DNA of 18,526 nt from Ginkgo biloba (taxonomy: Eukaryota; Plantae; Ginkgophyta): contig JANKJI020000004.1 in NCBI GenBank assembly GCA_024626585.2, positions 134,035,778 to 134,054,303 of the forward strand, read 5' to 3'. The notes beneath the pieces are model-generated. The model worked only from the letters and a program-made list of their open reading frames with translations. It had not been told where the DNA came from and ran no database searches. This document shows positions 1-10,550 of this stretch, one piece after another. How positions within the stretch are numbered: the first letter of the stretch is position 1; every line of letters starts with the position of its first letter. The position numbers and the translations under genes are program-made.

Positions 1-96
1 TATATTGTACTATTCCAATGGAGCATTCAATGAAAATCATTCTTCTCTTTGAATTCTCTTCCTTTTTGTTGTTCTGCATCTTTTTTATCTTCTTGA

Positions 97-3000
97 TATA
101 ATGTGCAAATTTAGTAGAAGGTGGCCGTCTTGGAAACTTAGCTCTGACAGTTTGAGGATTACAGAGTGAGGGGTGCTTAAGTGTGAGCCCAACTTAATTG
201 GATTCAGGACGGAGAAGCACTGACCAAATTCTACTTTTAGTACTTAAAGAAGAAGCAAAGCATGGAAAAAATTCTTGCTCTTAAATATGCACAAGGTGTT
301 ATCTCGGAGGATGAAAGTCGTATTAGAGACATCTTTCCTACACATTTTCAACAGATGTCCTCCCCCTTGGCTCCAATATAGAGCACTCAATGGCTAGAGA
401 AATGGTGAGGAAGGCAGTACCGTTGAGAGTTGCTACTTTTGAAAGGAATACTTTGTCATGACCATTAGAACTTGAGGAACTTGAGACTGTTATGAAATAT
501 ATGAAAAATGATAAGTCTCCTGGGTCAGATGGACTACGTGTGGAGTTTATAAAAAATTGTGGCCAGTGATTAGGAAAGATCTTCTTTAGATGTCCTATGA
601 ATCTATCAAGAAAAGGGTATAATGGAGGCAATGATTAATGCGGGTATAATCAAACTTATTCCTAAGGGAACAAAAAGAGAAATGGTAGATGGATGGAGAC
701 CCATCACCCTTCTTAATTACAAAATTTTGTACAAAACTTTGGTGTAGAATGGAGGCCAAGCGTATTCAACGGATTGTATCTCAAATTGTCAGGCATGAAT
801 AGACATGCTTCATTAAAGGCAAGTTTATATTGGATAACTTGATTACAACTTGGGAGACTATCAGTTGGGCCCATGAAACAGGTCAAAAGGCTCTCTTTTT
901 GAAAATTGTTTTTGATAAGGACTATGACTGAATAGAGTGGGATTTCATACTAGATATGCTCGATTGGTTGGGTTTTGGAAGTTTCTTCACTCGGTTTGTT
1001 GAGACTCTTTTTTCGCATGATTTGTCTCGGGTAGCTATTAATGGTTAGCTTACCAATGCTATTCACTTACAGAGATCCATTAGATAGGGTTGTCCATTGG
1101 CTCCTTGTTTGTCATAATAGTGGAAGCTTTGTGTTACTTATTGGAGGCAACCCAAATACAAGGACAAATCAGGGGTATACTTCTTCCCAATGGCAAGCAA
1201 CTTCTTAATATGCACTTCGCAGATGATTCTGCTTTTACCTTTGAACTTACACAAGAGTTAGTTGATGGAACTTTGCATTGTATAGAAACTTTCTCCAAGG
1301 CATCGGGAGCAATAATTAGCAATGAAAAGACGAAAGTCCTCTTCATTGGCCAGGATGTAGCCCAAGTTGGTGCCACATAAAACACGGAAAGTAATTCGGC
1401 ACGGGCAGATTATCCGATATCTAGGGATACCATTTGGTATAAATGTCTCTCCAAGAGACCAATGGAGATGGGTCTTGAACAAATTATCAGGCAAATTTCA
1501 AAGATGGAGTCATAAAGATCTCCCTCTTTTAGGGAGAATTACAGTGATGGATAGGATTATGACTACTACACATGTATTATTCCTCTTGTCTTTTCCCAAC
1601 CAATTTTGGTTATACTTAATTGGAAAAGATGTTGCAGAGCTTTCTATGGGGTAAACATGGAGGAGCGAATGGCCTACCCTTACTAGCTTGGGATGTTTGT
1701 ATTATTCCCAGGGTTCATGGTGGATTAGGCATAACAAATATCAAAGCTCATGAAGCAGTCTTAGCCGAAAAGTGGATGGTGTGTGTGATACAAGGGGAAA
1801 CGCAATGGCAAGTACTCCTATGGCACAAAATCCTTACAGCTACTCACCAACTTGGCATCAAAGGTCCTTTTGGTCTATGTGATGTTTTGGGCGCAGCATC
1901 TGCCTTGTCTCTTACAGGTTCACATGTACTTAAACGTATTTGGGAAGCATGGCAGTTAATCTCCACGCAATTACATTGGGAATTTGAAGGGCATAAGCAT
2001 GTTTGGGATATAGCCTCGAGGCCTATATGGGCCTTCCCCTCTCTAAAAGGTCTATTGGGTATGATCCCTGGTTTAGCTGGGAAGAGGCTAACAAGAAAAT
2101 GACTTTTTTGTTGGAAAGACTTATGGGATAGAGATTATCACGCATGGAAGGATTGGAAAAGTCTCAGGCGTTCATTAAATTTACCTTATACAAATCAACT
2201 TTCTCTACGAGAAATTTGTACGACTTTTCTAGAAGATTGCCTTTGGAAACTTCAGCTACAAGAACCAAGTATTTACTAGTGGGATTGGCAATGGAGCAAT
2301 GGTAAACCTTTTCCACCTATGATACACGCCATTTGTACAATGCAATTAGGAAGGTTGCTCTTGTTTTTTAACAGTTAAATCTCAAGTGGGGTCTTAAAGA
2401 CCAAGAGGACAAATGGAGAAAACGGTGCCACACTATATGGAAAGCACAAGTCTCATTTAAGCTTAAGATATTGGGATGGTTAGTGTTGCAAAATAGCTTA
2501 GTTGTTAAGGAAAGATTGAGGAAGCTTGCACTGACAAACTCTAGATGTGTCATTTGTCATTGAACTGAATCAGTAGGCCATATATTTTGGTAGTGTCCTA
2601 CAGCTAAAGTTTTTTGGACATGGAAACAGGTAGAATTCGCTGATATATTTATAGCTCCCTTGGTGTAGAAAGGAGTAGTTTTAGCAGACAACCGGATGAT
2701 TTCTGAGAGAGGAAAATGTATTTGGGAAACTATAAGACTTGTTGGTGTCTCCTCTTTATGGAAAAGAAGATGTAATGTTCTCTTCCAAGGTCATAGCAAC
2801 GCCTTGCACCTGAAGGATTTGCATGCTTATAGGACTGAACTTGCAGATCACATCCAAGCTAGATTGCACATTTTTATGAAAAAGACAGATGTAGTTTTGA
2901 AGTCTGTTATTCTTGCTTTACTTGCCTCCTTGGGGAAAAGATAAGCGATGTAATTTATTCATTTTTTTAGTAATATAAGCAGCATTTTCCCAAAAAAAAA
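97..3000 (+). mobile_element. 5'-truncated, degenerate non-LTR retrotransposon (L1/Tx1 clade LINE), ORF2 linker + reverse transcriptase + C-terminal CCHC zinc finger (zf-RVT)
   Basis: Manual translation across stops and frameshifts gives L1 ORF2 motifs in the expected order: RVRGA*V*AQLNWIQDGEALTKFYF (~163-237), KSPGSDG (513-533), IIKLIPKG...WRPITLLN (~645-717), FILDNL, KIVFDKDYD*IEW, IR*GCPLAP (~1079-1105), HFADD (1213-1227), IRYLGIP, LPLLGRI, FLWG, PRVHGGLGI, then CVICH*TESVGHIFW*C (2546-2596). ORF stop at 2942-2944, short 3' UTR, A9 tract at 2992-3000. No endonuclease domain or ORF1 is present. Confidence 0.95.
2978..3000 (+). other. LINE 3' end: AATATAA-like signal followed by poly(A) tail
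   Basis: gtaatataagcagcattttcccaaaaaaaaa lies ~35-55 bp downstream of the ORF2 stop codon. Confidence 0.7.
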
Positions 3001-3952
3001 GAGAGTGCATTTTCTTATATGATTGCCGAAAATGATTATTAACATATTTTTACGTTTCAAGCCAACTCTGCAATGGATGGAAATATGTGATGGCCAGTAA
3101 TTCAAATTTTCCAACTCTCTTTTGACCTCCACCCAACATGTTTTGATGCCTTGACATGCATCCGGCAATAACAGGCTCAAGCCACTCAACTATGCTTGTT
3201 AACTGACTTTTAACAGCTAATATAGCACGAATTTCAAAGTACCTTTTGCAAGATAGCAAAGCCATTTTTTCTTAAAAACATGTACATGTTTCTATATTTA
3301 ATTATTACGCAATGCCCTCATGGAACTAGTTGAACACTAATAGATCATAATACTGCAACCCCTAAACTATAATTATAATCTACCTTTATTAAACCCAACA
3401 TTGGGATTAACTTTCTTCAAAATGTTGCATGGCAGTTTGGTGCTTCCTTATATTTTTGGTCTACTTTATGGAGCCAATCCATGATGCAATGACACATAAC
3501 AAAATACTAATAAAATATTAAAATGACAATAACTTTAAGGAAAATTAAAGTGCACAATGTTTTGATATAAATCAAAGATTTCACTGTAGAAAAAATGCCC
3601 ATTTATCTAATCACTAAAATAACCAGAATAAAACAGCTGCACAAAAATGATCAACTTAATGAACTCATTTCCTCAATGTATATGAAACTAATGAATACAC
3701 TGTCTGCTCCATTGCAAGAATTAATCCACACTCTACTCAAGATGCCACTCCATGCTTGCCCTTTTTTGCAACTAATTTCAACTTAGACCTTCAAGTGTGT
3801 ATAAACATTGACTACCCTGAACTTTTTAATTTATAGAATTTATTCCACCCATTGGAAAATCTGACTTGGTTGAATGACATCCACATAAAGTGTCCAAGCA
3901 TAGAGGTGCAAAACATTTTAGTGCACCAATAGAGCAAGTTGTCAACAAATAC

Positions 3953-4641
3953 CTGATGCTAGTGGAAAAAGACTCAAGGGATAAACATAAGTACAATATC
4001 TCACTGAAATTCCCAATCCTTCTTGGTAGAAGGAAATGCCGTTAAATACATAGATTCATAATATCAAAAGCAAATTCATGGAGTAACTGTATACCTTCCT
4101 AGTATCATGAAAATTTCCCTCGGTAGATATGACCATAAACCTAAATGTTGGTTATTGTTTATTTGCAAAAAGAATAAGCATTTATGCCATTGCGACCAAG
4201 TGTGCTGCTCGTTGAGGGAAGATAATGTACTACCGAGAACACATATTACATTGAAATATACACTCCATCCAATGAATCCTCCACAAGAACCTGATGTTAG
4301 AGAATACCTTCCAGGTCTAGATGACTCAATGATGCATCCCCCATAAACAATACATACAAGTTGGGCTGATCCAATTCAAAAACATATATGTTCAAAATTG
4401 ATTTCTAGCCCACTTGAGCATTTGATGAAAATGTTTTTACCTTGGTGGGACTTTGCTTCCTGTTGTTCATGAGCATTATTCATGCAATACAAATTTCATC
4501 TGATAAACAATCAACTTAAGAATTTAGAGGAGTACACCAAAAGTATACCCTACAGAACAAAGTGTGGGTAAAGAAACGATAACCATACACATAGCCATGT
4601 ATTGAAGCTTTTCATTGGAAGGCTCCAATTCATGACATAGT
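3953..4641 (-). pseudogene. Cluster of five short spliced exons of an unidentified intron-containing (pseudo)gene: 4641-4589, 4499-4441, 4365-4308, 4140-4095, 4021-3953
   Basis: Each exon is flanked by AG and GT (donors gtatgg, gtaaaa, gtattc, gtatac, gtattt). Introns are 89, 75, 167 and 73 bp and T-rich on the minus strand. Phases join into LCHELEPSNEKLQYMAMYEICIA*IMLMNNRKQSPTKPNLYVLFMGDASLSHLDLEG... with one in-frame TGA at 4482-4480. The family is not recognised, and the frame of the last two exons is ambiguous. Confidence 0.55.
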
Positions 4642-4763
4642 CTAAAGCATGGTTGCAATGTTCGTCAAAAAAGTAAAACTAAAAAACCTCTTTGATTCAA
4701 ACTTTTGGGCAAATCGACTAATTTGATTGTGACTTATTTGTTGATAGGTAGAATTGGACCCCC

Positions 4764-4905
4764 AAAACAACAATAAAATAGCAGCAAAACAACAATAAAA
4801 CAATAGCAAAACAACAATAAAATAGCAGCAAAACAACAATAAAACAATAGCAAAACAACAATAAAATAGCAGCAAAACAACAATAAAACAATAGCAAAAC
4901 AACAA
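4764..4905. repeat. Perfect tandem repeat, 44-bp unit made of four 11-bp monomers (A-B-A-C), at least 3.2 copies, running into an N gap
   Basis: (aaaacaacaat aaaatagcagc aaaacaacaat aaaacaatagc)n read directly from 4764. Confidence 0.95.
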
Positions 4906-5005
4906 NNNNNNNNNNNNNNNNNNNNNNNNNNNNNNNNNNNNNNNNNNNNNNNNNNNNNNNNNNNNNNNNNNNNNNNNNNNNNNNNNNNNNNNNNNNNNNN
5001 NNNNN

Positions 5006-6087
5006 CCACTTATATATTTTAAATCTGGAACAATTGATTGAGCCTAATTGCAATGACTCGTCTAAATTTTATAATTGCACTACTTTGTTACTTTGAACAT
5101 GATCCACCTAGAAGGGTCCCAACCATCAAATTTTTAATTTACCAAGTTTCACCATGCCTTTCCCATCATATTTTAACACCCACGAACCATGTTGCAAGTT
5201 TTTATGCTTGAGATGTTTATTGTGCTAAGTCTTCCTCCGTTGTTGGGCAATGTATGTAGCCCATTGTGCATGTAAACATCTCTCATACAACTTTGAAAGC
5301 AACTCAATAATTGTTGAAGACTATCATTGTAATTGAGTCAATGTGTGACATCAATGCAAAGGTTAGGAATGGTGAGTTCCAAGGGTACCACAACTTCTTC
5401 CCCAAACATTAATTGGAATGGTGTTTATCTTGTGGTAGCTTTATAGGTGGTGCAAAAATCCCACGAGGCTAATGGAAGATGTTTTGCCCAATTATGACTA
5501 TCCACTCCGCATGCTTTGTACAACGTATTGACTAGAACTTTGAAGCTTCTACCTCCCCCTTAGCTTGAGGATAATATGAACTTGACTTACAACAAGCAAT
5601 CATAAATTCTANNNNNNNNNNNNNNNNNNNNNNNNNNNNNNNNNNNNNNNNNNTGAGGGGGTACTTGAACCGAACAATAATATCTTTGTACAAGAATTTT
5701 GTAGTCCTCTTTGCAAAGTTATCTAGGAGAGAACGGGCTTCGACCCATTTTGTCAAATTCTTTATGGTCACTATAATCTAGAGACATCGTCTGAGGTGAG
5801 AGAAATGTTTAAATGGGACTACAACATCTAACCCCCATTGTTTAAATACTTCTTGAGAAAGGGGTTAGATGGAGAGGCATTCGATTTGTGCCTAGAGGTC
5901 TTCCTATGGACTGACATGCGTCACAATGTTCAACAAATTCTCGAGCATCACTAAAGAGCTAGGGCCACCACCTTGCCAAGAGAATTTGATGGACCATCCC
6001 ATTCAAACCCACATGTCCACCAGTGGGTCCAGTGTGGGCTTTCCTGAGAACCTTGTGTGTTTCTTCAGGCATGATACCACTTCGCAA
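5006..6087 (-). mobile_element. Degenerate Ty3/Gypsy integrase (HHCC zinc finger, core, GPY/F module); non-chromovirus Athila/Tat-like
   Basis: Minus-strand translation with stops and frameshifts: KAHTGPTGGH...WWP*LFSDAREFVEHCDACQ (HHCC), VFKQWGLDVV, LTKWVEA, YYPQAKGEVEA, LPLASW..TTYKATTR*TPFQLMFGEEVVVPLE, GKLKI*WLGPF, INCSRFKIY. Bounded by N gaps on both sides. Confidence 0.93.
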
Positions 6088-6306
6088 NNNNNNNNNNNNN
6101 NNNNNNNNNNNNNNNNNNNNNNNNNNNNNNNNNNNNNNNNNNNNNNNNNNNNNNNNNNNNNNNNNNNNNNNNNNNNNNNNNNNNNNNGTTTGTGATAGGA
6201 TATTTGTTAAGCATCTAATGGATGCAAAATAGGGCAAGGAAGAAGGTGGATAGGCAAGTTGTTGCAACTGGTCTAATAGCCAATATACCACAATAAAAAT
6301 ACACGT

Positions 6307-6358
6307 TATAACACTTCTATCTTTTTTTTGTTGTTGTTGTAATATAACGCTTCTATCT
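6307..6358 (-). repeat. 16-bp direct repeats (1 mismatch) flanking a 20-bp (CAA)n/poly(A) tract; candidate minimal retroposon insertion with TSD
   Basis: tataacacttctatct (6307-6322) and tataacgcttctatct (6343-6358) enclose tttttttgttgttgttgtaa. Confidence 0.5.
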
Positions 6359-6474
6359 ATTACAAGAAATCCATTGCAAATATCAACTCTAACCATAGAC
6401 ACTAGGATAGCCACGCAATTGTGTTCTTACATGGCTTATTAAAGACAACAAAAAAAATATTATAACAAAACAAG

Positions 6475-6660
6475 GTGACAACAAAACTTTATTCATCCAA
6501 AGTCACTTTTGGTTGATCATAGGTCAACATGTTCCTTACTAGCACCCTTGCTCGATTCTTAGTCATACTCATGTCCTCTTCAATGCAAATACCAAATTTC
6601 TAGCACCTCTTATGTTCTTCCTCCTCTACCTTTTCAACTCCATTGCATCACACACTTGTC
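6475..6660 (-). mobile_element. Possible highly decayed 3' end of an RTE-type LINE
   Basis: The minus strand gives KGRGGR then IEEDMSMTKNRAR, reminiscent of the plant RTE C-terminus (RGRGR...EDM..DR), and ends in aataaagttttgttgt, resembling the RTE (TTG)n tail. The similarity is weak. Confidence 0.25.
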
Positions 6661-9052
6661 CATAGAGATAATTACATTTATTTACCATCTATTGAATACA
6701 TAGGGAAGAAAAACCCTAAGATCCAGGTTAAAATCTTTGTCGTTGCACATATTTAATATGGTAACATAGAACTCTTACATTTTAATAATTCTTATCTTCC
6801 ATTACAAATAGAACTCCCCTCTTCATTATAGTGATTGATGAGATAAAGGTACTTGTTTGCCTTTAATAATTGATTCAAGCTCTTAACATTATCAATATNN
6901 NNNNNNNNNNNNNNNNNNNNNNNNNNNNNNNNNNNCAAAATCTTTTTCCCCTTTAATAACACTCAACTTTAGAAAAGACACCTACAAGTTAAAAATTCAT
7001 TAAAGTTACTTTTGCAATTCCAAACCTCTTCATAAAATCATATCATTTCATAAACATCCTAAGAGCTAAGGGAATATTTTAAAACATATCTTTGGAAGAC
7101 TTTATAAAATAGCACATAACACTAGCATCTATGACAACAATCATATTCTTCNNNNNNNNNNNNNNNNNNNNNNNNNNNNNNNNNNNNNNNNNNNNNNNNN
7201 NNNNNNNNNNNNNGAATTTCATGAATAAAACTCAATTGCAGTAGATTCATCTAAAGGCAGATCTGCATTTTAATCTGCCATGTAAGTAGCTGGCAACATC
7301 TCACTCAAGGGCTTTGATGATGATTATGCAACTAGAAAACCAGTCAGACCCTTATTGCTTCCATCATCATATGCTATGGGAAGCCTACAACTGAACTCAT
7401 CGCCTAGCCAGAAAAGTTTGCAACAGAATGACAATGTCAGGAAAGTCTGGAGCATTCAATCTCAATATGGTCTCAATATGGATCTAGAATCAATTTGCAT
7501 CCAATGGGCAACTCCAATATGGACAAAATCTTGCACAATTGCCAAAGTTCAGAGTGGATACTTCAATATAAAGCCCATGATCAATATTTGCAATGTAAAG
7601 AGACCATTTCTTGGGAGCCAATATTATCGAAACTTTTCATTGCAACTAGGGTATTGATAATGAAATCCCAACCCCGTTCCCCTTGCCCAAGCAGTCATTT
7701 CTTTTTTCACATTTATCTTGTATAACACAGCTGTATTAAAGGGAGGGATGCATAAATAGTTTGTTCAGAGAAAATGAAGCAAAACTAAAAAGATGGGTAT
7801 TTTGAAACCAGTTGCTTCTAGCCAACCATTCTTCAGTACTCAAAGGTCAATAACATAAGATGTGCTGAAATCAGAACACAACAAGCATCTCGATTTTCTT
7901 CTGCAACACATCATTCTCCTAANNNNNNNNNNNNNNNNNNNNNNNNNNNNNNNNNNNNNNNNNNNNNNNNNNNNNNNNNNNNNNNNNNNNNNNNNNNNNN
8001 NNNNNNNNNNNNNNNNNNNNNNNNNNNNNNNNNNNNNNNNNNNNNNNNNNNNNNNNNNNNNNNNNNNNNNNNNNNNNNNNNNNNNNNNNNNNNNNNNNNN
8101 NNNNNNNNNNNNNNNNNNNNNNNNNNNNNNNNNNNNNNNNNNNNNNNNNNNNNNNNNNNNNNNNNNNNNNNNNNNNNNNNNNNNNNNNNNNNNNNNNNNN
8201 NNNNNNNNNNNNNNNNNNNNNNNNNNNNNNNNNNNNNNNNNNNNNNNNNNNNNNNNNNNNNNNNNNNNNNNNNNNNNNNNNNNNNNNNNNNNNNNNNNNN
8301 NNNNNNNNNNNNNNNNNNNGTTGGCAGTTAGGAACTACCAACTAATCCATAATTAATAGCTTTAGGCCCACTCACATATTATTTCACTAAGTCATAATCC
8401 TCTAAACATTAATGTCTAACAATTATTCAATTGCTAACAATAGTCACAGATTTGTTGTTGTGTTCAGAATTGAAGTGAACCAAATGAAATCTCCTCAGAA
8501 AATACCATTTAGTCTGTATACAGTGTTCTTGTAAATGAATGACCATTGAAACCACCAGACTAAATAAAGTCAAATCAACAGAAAATGCTCCATACCAATG
8601 ATTTGTATGAACAACCTAATATCACACATGAATACAGAGATCTCTTCCAAGAAAATAACTACTCTCTATTTTTGCTGGATTCACTCAGGACAAATTTCAT
8701 AGCCACAGATATAAATTAGCATTCTAAATTTTACTACTCCAGCTTTCTAGTTAGAAGAACAGAGAAAGTTGTGGCACTCGTAACTACTAAATCCCCAGGA
8801 CACGCATCCTTCTCCTGTCCATATTGAAAATGATTTGACTGATTTCTGACTGTGACTGCCTCTGAGTGACTAGCACAGGTATAACATGCGACTATCTGTC
8901 ATGACATGCAATAAACTACCACTTGTAGATATCCCTCTGTTAGTTTATAAAAATGTTTCATTACAAGTTCACATTGGGATTTTGAGTAAAACATGAAAAG
9001 AAATAAGTCACATTCAATTTGCTGCACAGACAACAGGATTTGAGGAACAAAC

Positions 9053-9373
9053 CTATACTGAACATAGGTGCGGCAACTTGCTTTTTTCAATTCCCAAGGT
9101 GTGTCTGGATTATAATTTATTACATTATGAAATCTTATCTTTTGCATCCAGGAAATGAAATTAGATGCAAAATTATAAAACTAATTTCAGTTACAGATTG
9201 CAGAATCCTTTATGGTTGAATATTCCATTCAAAGAAATCTATCCTTCACTGTTGAACATATGCATACATTGAGTTATCTAGGACCAGTTGGTCTCCAGAC
9301 CTTAAAAAAGGACCGCCAGCGTATCCTAGTTCCTACTAACTGAATAAATGGATCAACTTCGGACAGCTTTGAG
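9053..9373 (-). pseudogene. Two further candidate exons (9373-9301 and 9138/9104-9053), possibly upstream exons of the same minus-strand gene
   Basis: ttag|C-SKLSEVDPFIQLVGTRIRWRSFFK|gtctgg and aag|IRFHNVINYNPDTPWELKKASCRTYVQY-AG|gtttgt are phase-compatible with each other and with the exon starting at 4641 (AG|A = Arg). An alternative acceptor lies at 8937 (ctaacag). Flanking DNA has the T/G skew of minus-strand introns. Confidence 0.35.
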
Positions 9374-10550
9374 CTAATATAGGAATGCAAACTAACAGGG
9401 AAATTGAAACAATAAGATATATGCAGTGTCGACAGATAATTATTCCATTTAAGCAATTAAAATGCCACTGAAGTTGACAGCCAAGTATGTACATCCTTTC
9501 TTTAAAAATAATACGAGGGAATGATGTAAAAATGTCATGCTAATCAGAATATATCGAAGAAGACTTCTCAATTTCAAATCATCAACATGAATAGGAAGTA
9601 AGATAAAGTAGACGCAACCATCAAATAATACAAGTATTGACAAGATTCATTCCAACAGACCTAGCTAACTGGATGAATAATTTACCAAGGACTGAGACTT
9701 AAATTGAAAGACAAAGCAATACTCTTGTTTAATTTGAAGCCAGAAGCTAATGTAAGGCTTCAAAGAAAGTTATCAAGAAATTCTGAAAATTGAGCTAGCA
9801 ATATAAGAAAGACATCAACAANNNNNNNNNNNNNNNNNNNNNNNNNNNNNNNNNNNNNNNNNNNNNNNNNNNNNNNNNNNNNNNNNNNNNNNNNNNNNNN
9901 NNNNNNNNNNNNNNNNNNNNNNNNNNNNNNNNNNNNNNNNNNNNNNNNNNNNNNNNNNNNNNNNNNNNNNNNNNNNNNNNNNNNNNNNNNNNNNNNNNNN
10001 NNNNNNNNNNNNNNNNNNNNNNNNNNNNNNNNNNNNNNNNNNNNNNNNNNNNNNNNNNNNNNNNNNNNNNNNNNNNNNNNNNNNNNNNNNNNNNNNNNNN
10101 NNNNNNNNNNNNNNNNNNNNNNNNNNNNNNNNNNNNNNNNNNNNNNNNNNNNNNNNNNNNNNNNNNNNNNNNNNNNNNNNNNNNNNNNNNNNNNNNNNNN
10201 NNNNNNNNNNNNNNNNNNNNNNNNNNNNNNNNNNNNNNNNNNNNNNNNNNNNNNNNNNNNNNNNNNNNNNNNNNNNNNNNNNNNNNNNNNNNNNNNNNNN
10301 NNNNNNNNNNNNNNNNNNNNNNNNNNNNNNNNNNNNNNNNNNNNNNNNNNNNNNNNNNNNNNNNNNNNNNNNNNNNNNNNNNNNNNNNNNNNNNNNNNNN
10401 NNNNNNNNNNNNNNNNNNNNNNNNNNNNNNNNNNNNNNNNNNNNNNNNNNNNNNNNNNNNNNNNNNNNNNNNNNNNNNNNNNNNNNNNNNNNNNNNNNNN
10501 NNNNNNNNNNNNNNNNNNNNNNNNNNNNNNNNNNNNNNNNNNNNNNNNNN

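Noticed and set aside
338-1494. Minus-strand ORFs at 338-631, 1134-1385 and 1258-1494
   Set aside because: Antisense shadows of the LINE reverse transcriptase.
4480-4482. In-frame TGA as selenocysteine or a U-to-C editing site
   Set aside because: Land plants lack selenoproteins and U-to-C editing is organellar. CGA>TGA deamination, seen throughout the window, is the simpler explanation.
4642-5053. Hydrophobic Cys/Leu-rich ORFs on the minus strand
   Set aside because: They are translations of the 44-bp tandem repeat plus N gap, not membrane proteins.
4648-5058. MITE terminal inverted repeats (catggttgcaa ... ttgcaatgac) around the 44-bp array
   Set aside because: The right-hand match is poor and lies inside the Gypsy integrase coding remnant.
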